The notes under the pieces were generated by a model. It was not told the origin of the DNA. It did no database searches and saw nothing but the letters and a program-made list of their open reading frames with translations. Both the position numbers and the translations under genes were made by a program. Positions 28,085 through 33,860 of a stretch of 33,860 bases of DNA are shown one piece after another. Numbering within the stretch: position 1 is the first letter of the stretch; each line of letters starts with the position of its first letter. The stretch is from an uncultured Bacteriovoracaceae bacterium (GTDB lineage Bacteria > Bdellovibrionota > Bacteriovoracia > Bacteriovoracales > Bacteriovoracaceae), in assembly GCA_964012805.1 (NCBI GenBank), contig CAXGUD010000037.1, forward strand, positions 1-33,860, in the 5' to 3' direction.

Positions 28085-29707
28085 AGGTAAGAAATCAATG
28101 AGAAAATTTCCTCCCTTATCAAAAGGATTAGTCAAAATTCCAGTTTCAATATTTAGTCCACTTCTTAAGTTAACAGAAGGGATTGTAAAATTTAGTTGAC
28201 CTCTAATATTGATACCAGGAACTGTCTTCCTATTTGGTCCAACAGTATTAAAAGGTGTTTTTGAGGCATAGCTGGAATAATAATTTTTTTCAATATTTAG
28301 TGATAAAAATGAAAGTCCTATTGACCAGCCCAAGTTGCTTTCTATTCTACCATCCTTCGTTGAAAGAAAAGAAAGAGACTCTCTTTGTCCAAGAAAAATT
28401 TGTCCACTCATCTGGGACCTTTTTTGCTTTAATAGAGATCCCATACTAAGGCTTATATTTTCTTCATTTTCGGGAGTAATAAAAAAAGAAAAACCTAGGT
28501 CAAAGGTTTTCCACAACTCCTGGTGTGTGTAGCGGATTCCATAACCAAGAAGAGTTGTAGGGGCCACTTCATTTTTAACCGTAGTGTTTATGAAAGAGTG
28601 TATTTTAAATTCACCATCGAAAGTGTGTGGGTAATTGACATTATTAAAAAGACCCTCAATGAGATATTCTCTTCCTTTTTCGAATCTAAAAACACGATCA
28701 ACTTTTTCTTCTCTAGTTTTTTGATGAACGATTGTAACTCTATGTTTACCTGCTTTTATAGGAATGCCTTCTTTTAATTTTCCCTTAAATTTTCCATCAA
28801 CGTAAATGAGTAAGTTTGCCTTCGCACTCCATCGGTTATAAAGAAATGCCATGTCCATATTTTTTCTTTTTCCAGAAATGACAATAGGATCGACTCCCTC
28901 GATAATCATCCTGGCAGTTGGGTTTTGCCTCCCTTTAGAAAATTTTTGAGTCAGGTTTCTTGCGTAGAGGTGGGCTTCTGTTATTGTTACGGCTCCATCA
29001 CCGTTTAAGTCTTTCCTTAGACCTTCGAGAAGGAAACTTGTATAAACGGAGTGTTGTAGTCTTCTGTCTTCAAGGGATGGTTCACTTTTTTGAGAAGAAA
29101 AAAGGAAAATCTCACCTTCGCTTAGTGAGTATTCTTCTTGAATAAATCCTGATTTTAATTTTTTAAGAGCAATTTTTACTTTTGGTGAAAATTGGGACTT
29201 TCCTGTACCTGAGTAGCAGCTATCAAGAATGAGAACTTTCTTTTTTGATTTAAGACTTTGAAAGAAGTTAATTAAATACCTATATGGGAGGGCCGTTTTA
29301 TCAACTTGATCAAACCTTGTATTGGAAGTTACGATATATCTTCCAAGCTCTCCTGTTTTTTGGTTTTGGAATATTGTGCCGTGAGTTGATATGTAGATGA
29401 TCACAATATCCTTCGAGTTAACATTTTGTTTTTTTAATATTTTGAGGGCATTAATAAAATCTATATGAGATACCTTCCTTTTCCCTTTAGGACTTGTCAC
29501 AAGGAGCTTATTCCAACCCTTTTTGTTATTAATCAATTTTTTATGAATTGATGTAGCATCTTTGGAAGCATATTGAAGTTGATTCCAATTCTTATCTTCA
29601 AAATGAGAGATTCCAATGGATAAAAGAAGGTTTCGAGGTTTTTTTGCTTGTACCTCTTCTAAGATTAAGAAAAGTAAAAATAAAAATATTATTTGTTTTT
29701 TTTTCAT
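28058..29707 (-). CDS. Secreted caspase-family (peptidase C14, metacaspase-like) protein with PEGA-like domain and probable C-terminal beta-barrel
   Basis: Sec signal ending VQA, LLLSIGISHF, LQYASKDA, catalytic His in IYISTHG (H109) and Cys in LILDSCYSG (C164), DLNGDGAVT. PEGA-like IYVDGKFKG...GKHRVTI. Amphipathic strands ending SIYIGGHW. Confidence 0.9.
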   Translation of the reverse strand: MKKKQIIFLFLLFLILEEVQAKKPRNLLLSIGISHFEDKNWNQLQYASKDATSIHKKLINNKKGWNKLLVTSPKGKRKVSHIDFINALKILKKQNVNSKDIVIIYISTHGTIFQNQKTGELGRYIVTSNTRFDQVDKTALPYRYLINFFQSLKSKKKVLILDSCYSGTGKSQFSPKVKIALKKLKSGFIQEEYSLSEGEIFLFSSQKSEPSLEDRRLQHSVYTSFLLEGLRKDLNGDGAVTITEAHLYARNLTQKFSKGRQNPTARMIIEGVDPIVISGKRKNMDMAFLYNRWSAKANLLIYVDGKFKGKLKEGIPIKAGKHRVTIVHQKTREEKVDRVFRFEKGREYLIEGLFNNVNYPHTFDGEFKIHSFINTTVKNEVAPTTLLGYGIRYTHQELWKTFDLGFSFFITPENEENISLSMGSLLKQKRSQMSGQIFLGQRESLSFLSTKDGRIESNLGWSIGLSFLSLNIEKNYYSSYASKTPFNTVGPNRKTVPGINIRGQLNFTIPSVNLRSGLNIETGILTNPFDKGGNFLIDFLPSIYIGGHW

Positions 29708-29887
29708 AAATTAAATTTTAATTATTAATTTAATGTTTTGGAAGTCATGGCCTCAATTATTTTTAATTTTTTTATTTAGTCTTTTTTTAGGGTGGTCATA
29801 AAATAAGATTTTATAACACTCAATAATTATTTCAGTATTTAATTATCAAAATAATTTTATTATTAATTTTTCATTGACATGATTGGA

Positions 29888-31099
29888 TTAAACCATCCAA
29901 TCATTAGACTTTTTAGGTGAGCGAGGAGACATAAAATCTCCTCTATAATAAATACTTTCAGAAGGAAGGTCGTGACACAAGAAAAAGGGCATTGCTTCGG
30001 TAAAACCATAGGCACCTACTTTAGAAAAAAATAACCAGTCGTTTTGCTTTATATCGCCCGGTAATTCAAATGTTCCCAAATAATCTAAAGCTGTACAGAG
30101 AGGCCCGTGAATTTGAAATGATTTATTTTTTTTATTAGATGATTTAAAAGAATGGCACGGAAAAAATTGGTTAACAAGTGCAGGTCTTGCAATATGATTA
30201 ATGCCACCATTAAGAATAAGTATTTCTTGTCCCCTTACTAATTTTCTATCGACTATTTTAGCAAAGTAATAACCGCATTCACCTACAGCATAGCGACCTA
30301 ATTCCATCCAAACTTTTTTAAGCTGATACCTTTTTTTAAGATTAACAAGAATCTTTGAGACATCAGAAAATTGAATTCTTTTTTGACCATCTTCATAGGG
30401 AATACCAAGTCCACCCCCTAAATCTAAAACCTCAAGGCTAAGCTCATTTTTCTTCACAAATTCAACAAGTTGATGACATGTTTTATTCCAAGTATATTCA
30501 AGCTTTTCAATATTAAGTATATTGCCCCATTGAAAAACATGGAGTCCAATAATATCGATATTTTTTAAGTCTTTAATGGGGTATCTTTCCCAATCGGAAG
30601 GTCCAAGACCAAAAGGAGTGATTTGATTGCCACCAAGAACACTTTGTCCATCTTCCCAAGAGAGCTGAACTCTCAAAAGAGTCTTAGGTTTTTTTTCTAT
30701 ATCTTTAGAAATCTCATTTAAGTCAGAAGCTTGTTGAAAGCTCTCTAGCACAATAATTCTTACATCATGATCTAGAAGATCTCTCAGATAGGATTTTGAT
30801 TTAGCTGGTCCTGTGGATAAAATTTCATTTGCTTTTATTCCACTTCTTAGAACCTGGTCCAGTTCTCCTTGAGAAGCGACATCAATCCCAAAATTTAAAT
30901 TTCTAAAAATTTTTAGTATGGCCGACATCGGATTGGCTTTGCAGGCATACCAAAGCTTAATATCAGGATCGAGAAGTTCATCCATATATTTAAGATGATT
31001 TTGGAGGTGGTCCAAATCGTAAAAGAAAAAAGGAGATTCTTGCTTCTCTGTCATTTTAAGAAGATTTTGATAATAGGTTCTATTCAAAAGATAATTCAT
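29888..31099 (-). CDS. Group IV (fold III) PLP-dependent decarboxylase; diaminopimelate decarboxylase function suggested by context, sequence non-canonical
   Basis: YACKAN (PLP Lys), DVASQGE, LDLGGGLG, ELGRY, GPLCTALD and GAYG. Lies 17 nt downstream of lysC. Confidence 0.8.
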   Translation of the reverse strand: MNYLLNRTYYQNLLKMTEKQESPFFFYDLDHLQNHLKYMDELLDPDIKLWYACKANPMSAILKIFRNLNFGIDVASQGELDQVLRSGIKANEILSTGPAKSKSYLRDLLDHDVRIIVLESFQQASDLNEISKDIEKKPKTLLRVQLSWEDGQSVLGGNQITPFGLGPSDWERYPIKDLKNIDIIGLHVFQWGNILNIEKLEYTWNKTCHQLVEFVKKNELSLEVLDLGGGLGIPYEDGQKRIQFSDVSKILVNLKKRYQLKKVWMELGRYAVGECGYYFAKIVDRKLVRGQEILILNGGINHIARPALVNQFFPCHSFKSSNKKNKSFQIHGPLCTALDYLGTFELPGDIKQNDWLFFSKVGAYGFTEAMPFFLCHDLPSESIYYRGDFMSPRSPKKSNDWMV

Positions 31100-31116
31100 A
31101 ACTCATGACTCATAAT

Positions 31117-32472
31117 TTATTGGATAAGGGTTTTATGGATGTTATTTATGGCTTTTTTTCCTTCTTCTTGCGCCACAATAACACAAAAGTTATGAATAGA
31201 AGCTCCCTGGCAGATCATTCTGATATTTATATTTGAAAGTTGCTCAAATATTTTAAGTGAAACACCTGGTGTGTGGTTAATATTATTTCCAATAATAGAA
31301 ACGAGGGCCATATTTTTTTCATAAGTAACAGACCCTAGCCTTTCAAGTTCTTTTGTAAAGCTAATATTATCTACGGATTTCATATCGATAGTCATGGCAA
31401 CACTTATTTCAGAGGTTGTAATAGCATCAACAGATACATCATGTTTTTCAAAAACAGAAAATATATTAGCTAAAAAACCATGTGCCTCTAACATATCTGG
31501 GTTACTTAGAGTAATAAGGCATTGACCTTCTTTTATAGTGACGGCTCTGACAAGAGGCTGTTCGTTAACTTTTTCTTTAATCCAAGTGCCAGGAGCATCT
31601 GGTTCATAACTAGATCCAACAAAGACAGGAATGCCCTTTCTTTTGACAGGTGTTAAAGTTGTTGGATGGAGTATTTTTGCCCCAAATGTTGCCATTTCAG
31701 CGGCTTCTTTGAAAGTAATTTCATTTATTCTTTGAGCTTGTTTACAAATTTTAGGATCCGTTGTGGCAATACCAGCAACATCTGTCCATATTTGAACTTC
31801 TTGTGCATTAAGGGCCTCGCCCAAAATACTTGCTGTATAATCACTTCCTCCTCTTCCTAAGGTTGTTGTTTCTCCATCAATCGTTCTACCTATAAAGCCT
31901 TGAGTGACATAAAATTTATTAGGATTGGAGAGGATTTCTTGCTCCAAAGGAATACAGTTTTTCCTTATAATTTCTGTGAGAGGAACGGCCTTCGTAAAAT
32001 TTTTATCGGTAAAAATGTAGTCTCTGACATCTAAAAAAGAGACATCTTTATCAGGTAAATTTTTTTTTAAGACGTGAGTAAAAATTCTGCTTGAAAGCCC
32101 TTCTCCAATAGATTGGAGTCGGTCTTTGGCCTTTGGAGTACATTCTTTAAGATAGTGTATACCTGTACAAAGAGTAACCAACTCATCTATAAGAGAATAA
32201 ATAGATTTTGATAGTTCATGATGGCCATTAAGTTCTAGGCAAAGGTCTAAATGTCTTTTTCTTATTTTCAAAATACTTTCAAATATTGACCGCCAATCTT
32301 GTTTTAGAGATTGGTCAATCAAATCTAAGAGTCGATTTGTTGTACCATAAGTTGCACTTACAACAACTATTTGAGTCTCATGGGTTTTAACTACCTGAGC
32401 ACTTCTATTCATAGCGGTTAAATCTTTCATACTAGAGCCGCCAAATTTGGAAACTTTAATTTTTTGATTCAT
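31117..32472 (-). CDS. lysC: Lysine-sensitive aspartate kinase (AKIII-like)
   Basis: VSKFGGSS, VVVSA, TTLGRGGSDYTA, IWTDVAGI.TTDP and FGAKILHP. ACT domain MLEAHGFLANIFSVF...SVDAITTSEISV. Confidence 0.95.
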   Translation of the reverse strand: MNQKIKVSKFGGSSMKDLTAMNRSAQVVKTHETQIVVVSATYGTTNRLLDLIDQSLKQDWRSIFESILKIRKRHLDLCLELNGHHELSKSIYSLIDELVTLCTGIHYLKECTPKAKDRLQSIGEGLSSRIFTHVLKKNLPDKDVSFLDVRDYIFTDKNFTKAVPLTEIIRKNCIPLEQEILSNPNKFYVTQGFIGRTIDGETTTLGRGGSDYTASILGEALNAQEVQIWTDVAGIATTDPKICKQAQRINEITFKEAAEMATFGAKILHPTTLTPVKRKGIPVFVGSSYEPDAPGTWIKEKVNEQPLVRAVTIKEGQCLITLSNPDMLEAHGFLANIFSVFEKHDVSVDAITTSEISVAMTIDMKSVDNISFTKELERLGSVTYEKNMALVSIIGNNINHTPGVSLKIFEQLSNINIRMICQGASIHNFCVIVAQEEGKKAINNIHKTLIQ

Positions 32473-32548
32473 GGTCAGGCCCTCTAACTATTGGTTAATA
32501 CTTGTTTAACTAATAAAAAGAGGTTCTTTTAGGCTCACAGATACGTGG

Positions 32549-32724
32549 CTTAGAAGCGCTCCATCAAGAACGGGCTTGATGACAGTTATTAAGGGTTCAA
32601 CCTTAAAAACCAGACCGTTTAGAGCCAACTCTAAACTGATCTTCGGCACGAAACTCCCTCAAGTTCTATCAATAGACATTGGCGTCTTCAAAAACTTTAC
32701 CTAGTGCGTGCACCTCTTCCTAAC
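32549..32724 (-). promoter_or_regulatory. Lysine riboswitch (L-box) aptamer in the lysC leader
   Basis: The minus strand reads GAAGAGGUGC...AGGUAA...GCCGAA...[CAGUUUAGAG/CUCUAAACGG stem]...CUGUCAUCAAG...CUUGAUGGAGCGCUUC. This matches the conserved AGAGGUGC / GCCGA / CUGUC / GGAGCGCU elements and sits directly upstream of lysC. Confidence 0.92.
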
Positions 32725-32781
32725 TAGACAATAAGGAAAAAAAGTCTTAATTACAAGCATTAAATTTAAATGGAGGTAATC

Positions 32782-33860
32782 ATGATGGATGTAGGATTAG
32801 TTGGTTGGAGGGGAATGGTTGGAACTGTTTTACTTCAAAGAATGCGTGAAGAAGATGATTTTAAGCATTTAAATGCCCACTTTTATTCTACATCTAACCC
32901 AGGTGGAGAAGCACCTAAAGAGGATTCGGACAAGGGCATTTTAAAAGATGCCTTCGATATTAAAACCTTAAGCAAAATGGATATGATCCTGACTTGTCAG
33001 GGAGGCGATTATACTCAAAAGGTCTACCCAGAGCTTCGAAAAGCTGGATGGAAAGGTAATTGGATTGATGCTGCTAGTACTTTAAGAGGAGAAGACTCAT
33101 CTGTTTTAGTACTTGATCCCATAAACAGTAACCAAATCGAGAAAGGTTTGAGTGAAGGGAAAAAAGACTTTGTAGGTGCCAATTGTACAGTCAGTTTAAT
33201 GCTCATGGGACTTGGTGATCTTTTTAAAAAAGACCTTATCGAGTGGACGACAGCAATGACTTATCAGGCGGCAAGTGGAGCTGGTGTTAGCCATATGAAG
33301 GAACTTTTAAAACAGATGAACTTTCTTTCTGGAAAAGTTCATGATGGAATTGATAAGAGAAATATTTTTGATATTGACCAACTGATTAATCAAGCTTTTT
33401 TGGAAAAAGACTTCCCTCAAGAATTCTTTGGCCATCCTCTTGCTGCTAATCTTCTTCCGTGGATAGATACAGAAGTTGAAAAAGGTCAGAGCCGGGAAGA
33501 GGCCAAAGCTTATTTGGAAACTAATAAAATTCTTGGGTTTAAAAATAAAATCCCTGTTGATAGCACCTGCGTTAGGGTAGGTGCCTTAAGATGCCATTCT
33601 CAGGCATTAACAATCAAACTCAAAAAGAATATTCCTATTGATGAAATTGAGGATATGATTAAAAACTCTCATGAGTGGATTACTTTGGTTCCTAATAAAA
33701 AAGAAGAGACGCTAAAGGAACTTACCCCGGTTAACGTTAGCGGCAAACTCCAAATCTATACGGGAAGGGTGAGAAAGATGTTGATGGGAGATGAATACCT
33801 TAATGCTTTTACACTCGGCGACCAACTTCTTTGGGGGGCAGCTGAGCCTTTAAGAAGAAT
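32782..33860 (+). CDS. asd: Aspartate-semialdehyde dehydrogenase (E. coli-type), truncated by the window end; absent from the ORF track
   Basis: GGAGG SD then MMDVGLVGWRGMVGTVLLQRM. Also TCQGGDYT, WIDAAS.LR, catalytic GANCTVSLML, MTYQAASGAG, CVRVGALRCHSQA and GDQLLWGAAEPLRR at the edge. Confidence 0.97.
   Translation, partial: MMDVGLVGWRGMVGTVLLQRMREEDDFKHLNAHFYSTSNPGGEAPKEDSDKGILKDAFDIKTLSKMDMILTCQGGDYTQKVYPELRKAGWKGNWIDAASTLRGEDSSVLVLDPINSNQIEKGLSEGKKDFVGANCTVSLMLMGLGDLFKKDLIEWTTAMTYQAASGAGVSHMKELLKQMNFLSGKVHDGIDKRNIFDIDQLINQAFLEKDFPQEFFGHPLAANLLPWIDTEVEKGQSREEAKAYLETNKILGFKNKIPVDSTCVRVGALRCHSQALTIKLKKNIPIDEIEDMIKNSHEWITLVPNKKEETLKELTPVNVSGKLQIYTGRVRKMLMGDEYLNAFTLGDQLLWGAAEPLRR

Larger units (their letters stand above)
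22711..29880. other. AT-rich accessory block (possible genomic islet) downstream of tRNA-Arg
   Basis: Visibly lower GC than the clp/lon region (judged by eye, not computed). Starts at a tRNA 3' end and contains only non-housekeeping exported-protein genes. No integrase or att repeat seen. Confidence 0.5.

Noticed and set aside
22690..29888. Integrative element with attL/attR at tRNA-Arg
   Set aside because: No integrase or transposase ORF, and I found no duplicate of the tRNA 3' end. The only match noticed is a 7-mer TCCTGCA near 24674, which is chance level.
365..33206. Many short shadow ORFs (e.g. 5649..5999, 7860..8204, 19062..19439, 28523..28777, 33024..33206)
   Set aside because: They are antisense or off-frame within strongly supported genes and have no recognisable protein features.
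1..33860. CRISPR array, rRNA, tandem repeats, CIRCE/HAIR operators
   Set aside because: No regularly spaced direct repeats, rRNA-like sequence or matching operator palindromes were seen by eye.

Overview
Bacterial chromosomal window, AT-rich and densely coding. Gene content suggests a Bdellovibrionota/Bacteriovoracia-like organism; this is inference, with no marker gene to prove it. Bases 1-22.7 kb are mostly housekeeping, proteostasis and envelope genes: PIN-PhoH ATPase coupled to a PilZ protein, DedA, 2-Cys peroxiredoxin, clpP-clpX-lon, tRNA-Val(TAC), alpha/beta hydrolase, glutamine amidotransferase, ogt, convergent htpX and Ste24-like M48 peptidases, glyoxalase II-like, bcp, several lipoproteins, a LysM/TsaP-like protein, DUF368, an unannotated 57-aa basic ORF and tRNA-Arg(TCG). 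Directly after the tRNA-Arg is a visibly more AT-rich ~7 kb block of four genes whose products all appear exported. These are a lipoprotein reachable only via a -1 shift at an A8 / A-AAA-AAC site, a small Ig/pilotin-like lipoprotein, a 1159-aa WD40 lipoprotein and a signal-peptide-bearing caspase-family (C14) protease with a probable C-terminal beta-barrel. This block is the best candidate for an undescribed system. The window ends with a lysine riboswitch (readable translational expression platform) controlling lysC plus a non-canonical group IV PLP decarboxylase, and a divergent, truncated asd. No CRISPR array, rRNA, integrase or transposase was seen.
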